Shown here: positions 47,904-57,789 of the stretch, in pieces
How positions within the stretch are numbered: position 1 is the stretch's first letter
How the letters are laid out: each line of letters begins with the position of its first letter
Origin: Candidatus Tectimicrobiota bacterium
GTDB lineage: Bacteria; JACPUC01
Reading direction: 5' to 3'
NCBI GenBank assembly: GCA_016192455.1
Contig: JACPUC010000003.1
Coordinates: 186,001 to 250,000, forward strand
DNA: 64,000 nt
Notes under the pieces: generated by a model
What the model was told of the DNA's origin: nothing
The model's database searches: none
Seen by the model: only the letters and a program-made list of their open reading frames with translations
Made by a program: the position numbers and the translations under genes

Positions 47904-50249
47904 CTACTTCGGGGAGGCGCGCTTCGCCTCGCGCAGCGCCCGCAGGACGCGCTCCGGGGTGAGCGGCAGCTCGAAGACGCGCGCCCCGGTGGCGTGGTAG
48001 ACGGCGTTGGCGATGGCCGGGGCGGGCGGGATGATGGCCGGCTCGGCGATCCCCTTGGCGCCGTATGGTCCCTCCGGGTCCTCGGTGATGATCCAGTGCG
48101 CCGTAACCTCGGGGACATCCAGCACGGTGGGGAACTTGTAGTCGAGGAAGTTGCTGTTCAGCGTCGTGCCGCCGCCGAACCGCATCTCCTCCATCAGCCC
48201 AAAGCCCATCCCCTGCACGGCGCCGCCCTCGACCTGCCCCTCGGCCCCCTGGGGGTTGATCGGGAAGCCGATGTCGTGCGAGGCGGTGAGGCGCACCACG
48301 CGCACGATGCCGGTCTCCTCGTCCACCTCCACCTCGGCGGCGTGGGTGCCGAAGGCGTAGGCGGCGGAGCTGTTGCCGCCGTGCCGCCCGGGAAGCTGCG
48401 TCGGCGGATCATAGAAGGCTTCCGCCATGAGCGTCGTGCCGCCTTCGCGGTAGTGCGCCGCGCGCGCCACCTCGGCCAGGCTGACGGAGCGGTCGGGCGC
48501 GCCCTGCACGAAGACGCGGCCGTCGGCGGCGCGCAGGTCGGCGGCATCGGCCTCGAGCAGCTCGGCGGCGAAGGCGAAGAGTTTCTCCCGCAGCTTGCGG
48601 CCGGCGAGGCGCACGGCGTTGCCGGCCACGAAGGTGCCGCGGCTGGCGTGGATGCCGACGTCCCACGGCGTCAGGTCGGTATCGCCGGAGAAGAAGCGGA
48701 TGTGGTCCAGCGGCACCCCCAGCTCCTCGGCGGCCACCTGCGTCTGCACGGTGGCGAGGCCCTGGCCGAGGTCGCCGGCGCCGGAGATGAGACTGAGGCT
48801 GCCGTCGTCGTCGAGCTTCAGGATGACGCCGCAGCCGTCGGTGTCGCCGTGAAAGCGCGCCCCGCCGCCGACGTGGAAGAGGCAGGCAAGCCCGAGGCCG
48901 CGCCGCGTGAAGCGCCGCCCGTTGCTGCGCGCCGCCTCGGAACCGGCGGCGGGCCGGGCGGCGTCGAGGGCGGGACCAAGGCTCGCGCTGCCGCGGCCCT
49001 GGGCGTCGTCAAGGCTCTCGCGCAGGCCGCAGGAGGTGATGACGTGGCCCAGCGGCGTCGTCTCGTTCGGCCCGTTGGCGTTGCGGCGGCGCAGCTCCGC
49101 CGGCTCGATGCCCAGCTCGCAGGCGATGATGTCCATCTGCGACTCGATGGCGAAGGTCACCTGCGGGTTGCCGTAGCCGCGGAAGGCGCCGCCGTAGGGC
49201 TTGTTGGTGTAGACCATCTTAGCCTCGAAGCGCGTATGCGGCACGCGGTAGAGCGCCAACCCCAGGCCGCCGGCCACCGAGGTGACGCCGGGCGCCTGGC
49301 TGAGGTAAGCGCCGCTGTCCACCACCACGCTGAAGTGGCGCGCCGTCAGTGTGCCGTCGCGCTTTACGCCGCTGCGGAGGGTCATGCGGAAGGGATGGCG
49401 GGTGCGCGTGGCGACGAACTCCTCCTCGCGGTCGTAGACGATCTTCACGGGGCGGTTGGTGAGCTGCGCCAGGCGGCCGCAGATGGGGTCGATACAGTGC
49501 ATCTCCATGCGCGAGCCGAAACCGGCGCCGAGGTGGGTCTTGATGACGCGCACCCGGCTGTCGGGCAGGCCGAGGGCGTGGGCCAGCTCGTGGCGCAGGA
49601 TGAAGGGCATCTGCGTGCTGGCCCAGAGGGTGAGGCGGCCGTCGGGCTCCGGGCGGATGACGCTCTGGCGTGGCTCCAGGCAGCAGTGCGCCTGCGCCTG
49701 CGTGGAGAAGGTGTGCTCGAAGACGCGCTCGGCGGCGCGCAGGCCCTCGTCGAGGTCGCCGCCCCCCATGGTGAGCGAGGCGGCGATGTTGCGGGCGCGG
49801 TGCTCGTGCACCAGCGGCGCCCCCTCCGCCATGGCGGCGAGGGGGTCGTAGACCGGCTCCAGTTCCTCGTACTCGACCTCGATGAGATCCAGGGCCTCCT
49901 CGGCGATGTCGGCGTCGATGGCGGCCACGGCGGCCACCTCGTCGCCGCGGTAGCGCACCTTGTCGCTCTTCAGCGGCAGGCAGTCGGCCCAGGACTCCCG
50001 GACGAAGTCCATGAACCCCATCGGGATGCCGGGCATGTCGGCGGCGGTGATGACGGCCTTCACCCCCGGCAGGGCGCGGGCCTTGGCAGTGTCGATGTGC
50101 AAAATGCGGGCGTGCGGCAGGCGGCTGCGCAGAATCTTGCCGTGCAGCATGCGCGGCAGCGTCACGTCCACCCCGTACACCGCAGCCCCCGTCACCTTCT
50201 CTATGGCATCAACGCGGAGCGCCGTCCGCCCCACCACGGCATGCTGCAT
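47904..50249 (-). CDS. Xanthine dehydrogenase family molybdopterin-binding subunit
   Basis: KVTG, LGAGFGSR, AFRGYGNPQ, GQG and GAKGIAE motifs. Confidence 0.93.
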   Translation of the reverse strand: MQHAVVGRTALRVDAIEKVTGAAVYGVDVTLPRMLHGKILRSRLPHARILHIDTAKARALPGVKAVITAADMPGIPMGFMDFVRESWADCLPLKSDKVRYRGDEVAAVAAIDADIAEEALDLIEVEYEELEPVYDPLAAMAEGAPLVHEHRARNIAASLTMGGGDLDEGLRAAERVFEHTFSTQAQAHCCLEPRQSVIRPEPDGRLTLWASTQMPFILRHELAHALGLPDSRVRVIKTHLGAGFGSRMEMHCIDPICGRLAQLTNRPVKIVYDREEEFVATRTRHPFRMTLRSGVKRDGTLTARHFSVVVDSGAYLSQAPGVTSVAGGLGLALYRVPHTRFEAKMVYTNKPYGGAFRGYGNPQVTFAIESQMDIIACELGIEPAELRRRNANGPNETTPLGHVITSCGLRESLDDAQGRGSASLGPALDAARPAAGSEAARSNGRRFTRRGLGLACLFHVGGGARFHGDTDGCGVILKLDDDGSLSLISGAGDLGQGLATVQTQVAAEELGVPLDHIRFFSGDTDLTPWDVGIHASRGTFVAGNAVRLAGRKLREKLFAFAAELLEADAADLRAADGRVFVQGAPDRSVSLAEVARAAHYREGGTTLMAEAFYDPPTQLPGRHGGNSSAAYAFGTHAAEVEVDEETGIVRVVRLTASHDIGFPINPQGAEGQVEGGAVQGMGFGLMEEMRFGGGTTLNSNFLDYKFPTVLDVPEVTAHWIITEDPEGPYGAKGIAEPAIIPPAPAIANAVYHATGARVFELPLTPERVLRALREAKRASPK

Positions 50250-50361
50250 GGGTGTCTCCTTAGCTGGCTTGGCGTCAATCGCAGGCGTAGTTTGGGGGAA
50301 AGCGAGGGGAAAGGCAAGGGGGGGGAGAAGGGTCAGTTTTCGCTTAGTGGGGTATTTAGGT

Positions 50362-50442
50362 GCGAGGGAGCAATGCCCCCTCGCGCACCCCAACTACGCA
50401 AGCCGCTGCGCAGCTTGCGGGGAGGTGTGGGAGACCAAGGGT
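50362..50442 (-). repeat. Truncated reverse MITE-family copy
   Basis: GCGAGGGAGCAATGCCCCCTCGCGCACCCC...GTGTGGGAGACCAAGGGT abutting the low-GC gene. Confidence 0.7.
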
Positions 50443-50447
50443 AAAAC

Positions 50448-52076
50448 TCAAGAGGGTTCAGGCGGGATGAACTTGTTTCGCTGGCTTGATGGAAATCCAA
50501 GCGAACAAAAAAACGCATCCTCATAAACTGCCAATAAGGACCTCTCTATGCCAAACGAAGTAAGACATTTGAGATCGTTCAGAACTAATGCAACTGACTG
50601 GCAGCGCAGTTTGTCTAGCGTTGCAGAGAGTGAAATGCCGGCCGTAATATAAGGCTCTAGCATAGCAAGCTGTTCAAATGACATAATCTGCCAGTCAAAA
50701 TCAATCGCTGCACCATCGTTAAGTCTCCTCAACAGATGGCTTCTGAGCAGTTCGCAAGTATCACCCATCAATGTATCAAAGACAAGCGCAACAGTTGTAA
50801 CCCTTTGGACTTCGTGAAAATCTTCCAAGCCAGGCTGCCTCTCCATCACTGCGCGGCTGAAATCATTAAGTTGCCTCAGGGCCCCCATCACCTGCTCCAT
50901 ACTATTATCAATAGCCTCTTCACTGGCCGAAGTCATGGCATCCGCAAGCAGATACGTTGACTTGCACTCGATTAAAATAAGCGTTGAACCCTCCAGAATA
51001 GCAAAATCTGGGCATTTCCCACTACCGCTAGGATATGATCTACGAATTTCACCTTCTCGGAACAGTAGATACGTATCATCAAGGCGCTCCAGCATTACTT
51101 CAGTAGCAGCTTCAAACAAATGGCCGAAGTAGTTAGTGAAGGCAGTCTTAAACCTGTGCATCATCAAGTAGAATATGCCGGCCGTAAATGTATAGAATAC
51201 CAAGTTGGGTATGGGGGCAATGAGCCTCACGTTATCCGAGCTGCCAAAAAAGTTTTCTTCCCATGGCTTTATTAACGGACATACAAGTAAAGGGTTAAAA
51301 GAATACATTCGAAATCTGCGATCAGAAACTTGTTGATCTTCATAAATCCTTCGAAATTTCTCGCGATCTGCCGAAACAAGATCCATAATTTGATGGATGG
51401 CCTGATCGGTAACACGCCATTGTGACTCATCGCGAGATACTTTCACTAGGCCAAGAGCAAATCCATTCTCCGTTCGACATTGGCCGGAAATGAATAGCCC
51501 TATTTTTAAGAATTCTCTTAGACTTGTTCCTACAAGACTTTCAAATTGCTCTGCCAGATCAAAATGAGCGATATTTTCCTTCCGACTAAGTCGCTTGGGC
51601 GCTATTTCGTAAAAGAGCAATGCTTGTCCGAGCTTCAGAGTTGGAGAAATAAGAAAAGGAACCTGCTGGCATAATAATCGAAAGGGAAGGAACTCATGAT
51701 CGGAGTGATGATAATATTCCCTTACCCCTCCATCGAACGAGACCGGATCAGCTTGGAGGTACGCTACTATATGCTTGTAAGTATTTAGGAATTGGTCGTC
51801 AGAAATGCTATTCGCAACCCCAGAATATATTATCGGACTTGTATTTCTGATAACGAAAGATGCCAACCCTGCCAAGTAAGGAGGATAGAATATGGTATCC
51901 TCCCCAACCTCCTCGATGGCCAAGCATTTGTTATGAATCTTGAGCAGCCACTGATCGAGCTTGTAGCGAAGAACCTGAGACTGTAAGCGCGCTTCGAGAT
52001 CCGCCAAATCGCCTGCGGAATTCACGGGGAAGAAGCAAGGCAAAACCTTAAAGTTGCCGACATTGTGAGCCATCAC
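50448..52076 (-). CDS. Low-GC hypothetical protein with a C-terminal PD-(D/E)xK nuclease-like domain
   Basis: G.LFE...PDFAILEGSTLILIECKS...QL motif. Confidence 0.7.
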   Translation of the reverse strand: MMAHNVGNFKVLPCFFPVNSAGDLADLEARLQSQVLRYKLDQWLLKIHNKCLAIEEVGEDTIFYPPYLAGLASFVIRNTSPIIYSGVANSISDDQFLNTYKHIVAYLQADPVSFDGGVREYYHHSDHEFLPFRLLCQQVPFLISPTLKLGQALLFYEIAPKRLSRKENIAHFDLAEQFESLVGTSLREFLKIGLFISGQCRTENGFALGLVKVSRDESQWRVTDQAIHQIMDLVSADREKFRRIYEDQQVSDRRFRMYSFNPLLVCPLIKPWEENFFGSSDNVRLIAPIPNLVFYTFTAGIFYLMMHRFKTAFTNYFGHLFEAATEVMLERLDDTYLLFREGEIRRSYPSGSGKCPDFAILEGSTLILIECKSTYLLADAMTSASEEAIDNSMEQVMGALRQLNDFSRAVMERQPGLEDFHEVQRVTTVALVFDTLMGDTCELLRSHLLRRLNDGAAIDFDWQIMSFEQLAMLEPYITAGISLSATLDKLRCQSVALVLNDLKCLTSFGIERSLLAVYEDAFFCSLGFPSSQRNKFIPPEPS

Positions 52077-52093
52077 AAGTTTCTCTTAACGTT

Positions 52094-53260
52094 TCACAAC
52101 GCCCTCTTCATCCCCTGCAGCGCCTGGCGGGTGCGGTGTTCGTTCTCGACGAGGGCGAAGCGGACGTACTCGTTGCCCAGCTCGCCGAAACCGACGCCGG
52201 GGGAGACAGCTACCTTGGCCTCCCGCAGCAGGAACTTCGAGAACTCGAGGGAGCCCTTCTGGCGGTGCGGATCGGGGATGCGCGCCCAGACGAACATCGT
52301 CCCCTTCGGCTTCTCCACCTCCCAGCCGATGCGGTTCAAGCCGTCCACCAGCACGTCGCGCCGGTGCTGGTACATGAGGCGGATGTCCTCGACATCCTTG
52401 TCCCCCTCGTTCAGGGCGATGATGGCGGCAATCTGCAGGGGCTGGAAGATGCCGTAGTCGAGGTAGCTCTTCAGGCGGGTGAGGGCGGCGATGATCTGTG
52501 GATTGCCAGCCACAAATCCAATGCGCCACCCCGGCATGTTGTAGCTTTTAGACAGCGAACGCAGCTCGACGCCCACCTCCTTCGCCCCCGGCGCCTGCAG
52601 CAGGCTGGGCGCCTGGTAGCCGTCGAACACCAGGTCGCTGTAGGCGAAATCGTGCACCACGATGAGCTTGTTGGCGCGCGCGAAGCTCACCACGTTGCGG
52701 AAGAAGTCGAGGTCCACGCAGGCGGTGGTGGGGTTGTGCGGGAAGCTGAGGACGATCATGCGCGGCGACGGCCAGACCATCTTGTAGATGCTGGAGAGCA
52801 TCTCGAAGAAATCGGCGTCGCCGGTCATCGGCACGTGGATAATGTCACCGTTGGCGAGGTAGACGCCGTAGGTGTGGATGGGGTAGGTGGGCGACGGCAC
52901 CATGACGAGGTCGCCCGGGCCGATGGTGGCGAAGACGAGGTGCGAGTACCCCTCCTTCGAGCCGATGGTGGCGATGACCTCGGTCTCCGGGTCGAGCTCG
53001 ACGCCGTAGACGCGCCGGTAGCGGTCGGCCATGGCGCGGCGCAGGTTTTTGATGCCGCGCGACACCGAGTAGCGGTGGTTTGTCGGCCGCTGCACCGCCT
53101 CCACAAGCTTATCGATGATGTGCTGCGGCGGCGGCTGGTCGGGGTTGCCCATGCCGAAGTCGATGATGTCCTCGCCGCGGTGCCGGGCTTCCATCTTGAG
53201 GGCATCGACGACACTGAAGACATACGGCGGCAGGCGCTTCATGCGATGAAACTCGAACAT
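52094..53260 (-). CDS. alaC: Class I/II PLP aminotransferase (AlaC/YfdZ-like)
   Basis: [34 protein letters not shown] and YVRFALVEN motifs. Confidence 0.88.
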   Translation of the reverse strand: MFEFHRMKRLPPYVFSVVDALKMEARHRGEDIIDFGMGNPDQPPPQHIIDKLVEAVQRPTNHRYSVSRGIKNLRRAMADRYRRVYGVELDPETEVIATIGSKEGYSHLVFATIGPGDLVMVPSPTYPIHTYGVYLANGDIIHVPMTGDADFFEMLSSIYKMVWPSPRMIVLSFPHNPTTACVDLDFFRNVVSFARANKLIVVHDFAYSDLVFDGYQAPSLLQAPGAKEVGVELRSLSKSYNMPGWRIGFVAGNPQIIAALTRLKSYLDYGIFQPLQIAAIIALNEGDKDVEDIRLMYQHRRDVLVDGLNRIGWEVEKPKGTMFVWARIPDPHRQKGSLEFSKFLLREAKVAVSPGVGFGELGNEYVRFALVENEHRTRQALQGMKRAL

Positions 53261-53421
53261 ACTACATCCTCATTGTCAGCGGCATCGTTCCGCCCCCTGG
53301 AAGGCGACGCGGCGGGGGTTTCGGCCTGTGTTTGAACATGCTTGGTTTTCGCGGAAAAATCAAGACCCGCGTGGCCGCGCTCCGCGGCTGGCCGGGGAGA
53401 TGAGGCGCTGCGTCGGCGCGC

Positions 53422-53718
53422 TCATGGGTGGCGCGCGAGCAGCAGGTAGCCGAGGAGCGTGACGAGGATTCCCGCCGCGACGAGCGCGAGTCCGGCGGCC
53501 ACGCCGGCCCGCTTGAACGGCGCCAGCCCCAGGCTCCAGAGGATACCGACCATGACCAGGAGAAGGCCGAGGGTCGTGGGCAGCGCCACGATGTCCGGCA
53601 GGGTGCTGGTGGGGTGGGAGGCGAGGGCGGGCGCGGGCCAAGCCAGCACTCCAGCCGCCAGGTGGAGGAGCGGCCGGCGGACCAGGCAGGCGGCGCGGCG
53701 CGCGAGGCCCAGTCTCAT
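53422..53718 (-). CDS. Small membrane protein at the end of the cco cluster
   Basis: Signal-like N-terminus plus two hydrophobic helices. Confidence 0.55.
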   Translation of the reverse strand: MRLGLARRAACLVRRPLLHLAAGVLAWPAPALASHPTSTLPDIVALPTTLGLLLVMVGILWSLGLAPFKRAGVAAGLALVAAGILVTLLGYLLLARHP

Positions 53719-53743
53719 GGCTGAGCGCCTTGGCGCGCCGGCA

Positions 53744-53884
53744 CTACAGTTTCCAGTAAAGGATCAGGTAGATGATCCCCCACGCCGCCAGGCCGACGTA
53801 GGTGAGCTTCAGCCAGAGCGGGATTTTCGGCTCAGTGACGCCGTACTGGGGATGATCCGTTTCCGGAAGCTGTGTGTTCGGCAT
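53744..53884 (-). CDS. 46-aa single-TM peptide (CcoP N-terminus-like)
   Basis: GAGGTG RBS; MPNTQLPETDHPQYGVTEPKIPLWLKLTYVGLAAWGIIYLILYWKL*. Not in the ORF track. Confidence 0.6.
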   Translation of the reverse strand: MPNTQLPETDHPQYGVTEPKIPLWLKLTYVGLAAWGIIYLILYWKL

Positions 53885-54107
53885 CGGTCACCTCATGGTC
53901 ATCGTCGCCGGTCGCCGCGTCGCGGTCCGGGCCGGGGCGCCGCTCCTCTTCCCGCAGCGCCCGCTCCAGCATGCGGTACTTGATCCCTTCGATATCGTCA
54001 AACTGCCGCGTCCGCCGGCACCAGAGGAAGATGAGCGCCGCGCCGCAGCCCATGAGGGCGAAGAAGATCACGACGATCAGCGCGCTGTCGAAGATGCTGC
54101 CCGACAT
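53832..54107 (-). CDS. ccoS: cbb3-type oxidase maturation protein CcoS
   Basis: TM helix followed by FLW...RQFDDIEG..YRML. Confidence 0.75.
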   Translation of the reverse strand: MSGSIFDSALIVVIFFALMGCGAALIFLWCRRTRQFDDIEGIKYRMLERALREEERRPGPDRDAATGDDDHEVTDAEHTASGNGSSPVRRH

Positions 54108-54182
54108 GTCCCGTCCTCGGCAGGGTGCGGGGGAGGTGCGCCCGGGGGTCGAGGGTGGCGCGTGCCGGCCGACCTCCCGGCC

Positions 54183-54989
54183 CTACTTCTTGAACGACCT
54201 CACGTAGTGCGTCAGGGCGTAGATTTCCTTCGTGCTGAGCTGTTGCCCCCACGGCGGCATGGCCGTGCCAGGCACGCCCTGGGCGATGGTCTTCGCCACC
54301 TCCTGGGGACCGCCGCCGTACTTGTACTCTCCAATAGTAAAATCGCGCGGTTTCGGATTCAAGGCAACCGCCGCGGGACCGTCGCCGGCTCCCTTCATGC
54401 CGTGGCAGCCGAAGCAGTTGCGTTCATAGAGCATCTTCCCTTGCGCCAGCAGATCAGGGGTGGCCGCCGCCACCTCGGCGCCGATGCCGGGTTCCTGCGG
54501 CTGCTGTTTGCGCCACGGACCGATGTTGGTGCCGAGCTTCTGCAGGTAGGCGGTGAGCGCCTTCAGCTCCTCCTCGCCGAGCCACGGGAAGGAGGGCATG
54601 ATCGACTCCGGCACCAGGGCGCGCGGGTTGCGCAGGTGGGCGATGTGCCAGTCATCCGTGCGCAGGCCGCCCTCGCGGGCCAGGTCCGGCCCCACCCGGC
54701 GGGTGCCGAGCAGGTGCGGGCGGTCGTAAACGTACTCTCCCGCCACCGAGACCGGGCCGTAGCGCTCCGGCTCCCCCGGCACCGGGCGCACGAACTGGGT
54801 GTGGCAGTGCCAGCAGACCTCGCGGATGTAGAGCTGGCGTCCCCGCAGCTCGAGGTCGGTGTACGGCTTGGCCTGCGGGGTGGGCGTGCGGCCATAGGTC
54901 TGCGCCCAGGGGATGGCTCCCACCACCACGAAGGCGAAGAGGAAGAAGCCGAAGCCGGCGATGAACAAGATATTATTGAAGCGTTCCAT
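54183..54989 (-). CDS. ccoO: cbb3-type oxidase subunit II (CcoO) fused to a second cytochrome c domain
   Basis: [29 protein letters not shown] and SIMP; second heme site CFGCH...GTAMP. Confidence 0.9.
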   Translation of the reverse strand: MERFNNILFIAGFGFFLFAFVVVGAIPWAQTYGRTPTPQAKPYTDLELRGRQLYIREVCWHCHTQFVRPVPGEPERYGPVSVAGEYVYDRPHLLGTRRVGPDLAREGGLRTDDWHIAHLRNPRALVPESIMPSFPWLGEEELKALTAYLQKLGTNIGPWRKQQPQEPGIGAEVAAATPDLLAQGKMLYERNCFGCHGMKGAGDGPAAVALNPKPRDFTIGEYKYGGGPQEVAKTIAQGVPGTAMPPWGQQLSTKEIYALTHYVRSFKK

Positions 54990-55005
54990 GTCTGGCTTCC
55001 TCCTC

Positions 55006-56406
55006 CTAGGCGCCCACGACAACCCTGCCGCCAAGGTCCGAGACGGGCGCTTCGCCCGCCTGCAGGCGCCGCCCCTGGCGCTCGGTCTGGTGCAGGTTGT
55101 AGAAGAAGAGGAGCGTGCCCAGGGCCATCATGATGCCGGAGACCAGGCGAATCCACCAGAACGGCTTGGCGAAGCGGACGTAGGAGACGAACGGCAGGGA
55201 GGTCTGCCAGAAGCTCCCCTCCAGCAGCCCTACCGCCCAGAGCGTGGTGCCCATGAGGCCGAACCCCACGGCGGTGAGCCAGAAATGCCAGTGCGCCAGC
55301 TTCATGCTGTAGAGCTCCCGCCCCGTCAGGCGCGGCCACATGTAGTAGATGGCCGCGATCGACCACAGCGAGAAGACGCCGAAGAGCGCCATGTGGGCGT
55401 GCCCCACCACCCAGTCGGTGAAGTGGACGATCTGCTGCAGCGTGCGCAGGGCTTGCAGGGGGCCTTGCAGACAGGTCATGACGTAGAAGACGACGCCCAG
55501 GACGAAGAACTTCATCGGCAGGTTGCCGCTGAAGCGCCACCAGTTGCCCTTCACGGTGCCGAAGAAGTTCACCACCACCGTCCAGACGGGGATAATGAGG
55601 GCCACGCTGCTGACGATGGCCACCGTCTCCACCCAGTCGGCGATGCCGCTGTAGATGAAGTGGTGCGCCCCGGTCAGCGGGTAGAGGAAGGCCAGCGTCC
55701 AGAAGCCGATGAGGGAGAGCTTGTGACTGTAAAGGGGCGAGCGGACGCTCACCGGCAGGAAGTAGTAGATGACCGCCAGACCGATCGGCGTCACCCACAG
55801 GCCCACGACGTTGTGGATGTAGAACCCCGCGATGGCGGCGCTGTTCACCCCCGCGGCCAGGTAGACCGGCACCGAGTTCCCCACCAGGTAGTTCAGCGCC
55901 GTCCACACCAGGCCGCCCATGAGGTACCAGAGGCTGACGTAGAGCTGCTGCTCCCGGCGCTTGAAGATGGCGCCGAAGATCATCACGATGACGACGAGGA
56001 AGGCGACCACCACCAGGATATCGATCGGCCAACTAAACTCCCCGTACTCGATCCCCTGGTTGTAGCCGAGGGCAAAGCCCACCAACCCCGCCGCCACGAT
56101 CAGCGTCCAAGCCCAGAGCACCAGCTTCCCCAGCTTCTCGCCGAGGTAGAGCTCGGCGCCGGTCAAGCGGGGCACCATGTAGAACATCAGGGCGAGGTAG
56201 ATCGTGGTGATCCAGCCGAAGGCGGCGGCATTCGTGTGGATGAGCCGCACCCGCCCATAGCTCAACCAGGAGATGCCGCCAAGGAAATCCGGGGCCATGA
56301 AGCGCAGGGCGTTGAGAATCCCCGCCAGCATGGTCACGAGCAGCCAGAAAATCGCCACCTTCACATAGAGGCTCAGTAAACGAGCCTCGCGCGGCGTGCC
56401 GGTCAT
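55006..56406 (-). CDS. ccoN: cbb3-type (C-family) heme-copper oxidase subunit I
   Basis: [31 protein letters not shown] and DWVVGHAH motifs. Confidence 0.92.
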   Translation of the reverse strand: MTGTPREARLLSLYVKVAIFWLLVTMLAGILNALRFMAPDFLGGISWLSYGRVRLIHTNAAAFGWITTIYLALMFYMVPRLTGAELYLGEKLGKLVLWAWTLIVAAGLVGFALGYNQGIEYGEFSWPIDILVVVAFLVVIVMIFGAIFKRREQQLYVSLWYLMGGLVWTALNYLVGNSVPVYLAAGVNSAAIAGFYIHNVVGLWVTPIGLAVIYYFLPVSVRSPLYSHKLSLIGFWTLAFLYPLTGAHHFIYSGIADWVETVAIVSSVALIIPVWTVVVNFFGTVKGNWWRFSGNLPMKFFVLGVVFYVMTCLQGPLQALRTLQQIVHFTDWVVGHAHMALFGVFSLWSIAAIYYMWPRLTGRELYSMKLAHWHFWLTAVGFGLMGTTLWAVGLLEGSFWQTSLPFVSYVRFAKPFWWIRLVSGIMMALGTLLFFYNLHQTERQGRRLQAGEAPVSDLGGRVVVGA

Positions 56407-56638
56407 ACGCCTCTCCCCCTCCCCGCGATGTCTTCCCGAACGCGCCCCGGGCGCGCCGCCACCCTCCCCCAACGCCGCGGGCGCGCCTCCTTGACGCAAG
56501 CTCTCCGTGCTAGCGGTAGGATACTCCAGAAGCAATAATTGTCACATAAATTGTTCTAATTCCACCTATCACTTCTGTTGAAATCGCCGCAATTTCCCCC
56601 CGCGGCCGCGCGCCACGGGGCAACCGAGGCCCGACGCC

Positions 56639-56701
56639 GCGTCTCGGCGGTGAATTAGCATAGGAAGGCGCGGGCTGGGGGCGGGGGGATGAGGAGCTGA
56701 T
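56639..56701 (+). repeat. Direct repeat, left copy
   Basis: GCGTCTCGGCGGTGAATTAGCATAGGAAG...GGGGGCGGGGGGATGAGGAGCTGAT; recurs at 57693-57748. Confidence 0.88.
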
Positions 56702-56862
56702 CACCAATCATTTATCTCTTTGTCTAATTGATTTCCAACATCTTCTAGGAATTTCACGACTGCAGCACATTCAGATGCCAAATCCCATTCTATGGAATAG
56801 TCACTGCCATTGTCATTCATATATGCTTCCTCACGAAAGGAAAAACTTCTATACCTTACTTC

Positions 56863-57405
56863 TCAATAACGTCTTAACAACATCCAAAGAACGAAACCAA
56901 TAAGCACTGTGTTCGTCAATATGAGGTAGCCGACCAGTAGGATATACAACGACCCAGCATCTACAATCATTGCGTGGTCTGCCGCTGGATGGAAGAGGGC
57001 GGGGCTTGGAATCCAGCCGCCCCTAATGTGAGCGGTATCTGGACCAGAAAACCTCGCGAGAACTCTTCCCAGCTGATGAGCCAGAAGATCAAGGCTCTCG
57101 ACAAAGCTCTTGTATCGGGAGAAAGCGTAATATACGACACCAACGGTTGCGATGTCGATCAACACTTCGACGCTGCCCCGCCGGATGTCAATATTCTGCG
57201 CCTCGAATTGGGGACCGAGGAAAGACGCAACCTCCGACCTAATCTCGCTCATGAACGACTCCCTGAGGTTGGAGAGCCGCTCATATATCTGTATCGAACG
57301 ATCATCGCTTTCTGGAAACACGGATATCGCAACTATGCGTATGGTACAGATATGCCCCGAGAGCCTTACGTGTTTGCTAAAAGGTAGAGTCCCAAATATT
57401 CTCAT
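56863..57405 (-). CDS. Low-GC hypothetical membrane protein
   Basis: 180-aa ORF with hydrophobic segments; no family recognised; start uncertain. Confidence 0.55.
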   Translation of the reverse strand: MRIFGTLPFSKHVRLSGHICTIRIVAISVFPESDDRSIQIYERLSNLRESFMSEIRSEVASFLGPQFEAQNIDIRRGSVEVLIDIATVGVVYYAFSRYKSFVESLDLLAHQLGRVLARFSGPDTAHIRGGWIPSPALFHPAADHAMIVDAGSLYILLVGYLILTNTVLIGFVLWMLLRRY

Positions 57406-57692
57406 GGTGAATCACCGATTCTCTAACCGGAATTATGCAGCAACAGCCGCTCGGAGCCAGATTTCGGGCTCGTCCGCCCGCTTTCTGGCATCGTTTCTCC
57501 TGGGAGTCCAGGCATCGAAACTACCTGAAGGCGCCTCTGAGGCCCCCTTCACAGCCAAATCCTTCTCCCGCAACGAGGTCTTCTTGGTTGTTGGGCCTCC
57601 TACCCCACCCGGCCTCATGATGTCAAGTCAAATTTTACCCGCGAGACGCGGTGGACGCGGAGAGGGGGCAAGACGAATCCTGTGCGCTCTCT

Positions 57693-57748
57693 GCGTCTCC
57701 GCGGTGAATTAGCATAGGAAGACGGGGGCGGGGGGATGAGGAGCTGAT
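57693..57748 (+). repeat. Direct repeat, right copy
   Basis: Matches 56639-56701 with a 7-bp gap; begins in the arm of a CTCTGCGTCTCCGCGGTGAA hairpin. Confidence 0.88.
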
Positions 57749-57789
57749 TCGTTACGGGGCCGCGGCTGGCTCGCCGCCCGCACGACGCA

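Noticed and set aside
56535-56562. FNR or Rex operator upstream of ccoN
   Set aside because: AT-rich, with only a half-site resemblance and no convincing palindrome.
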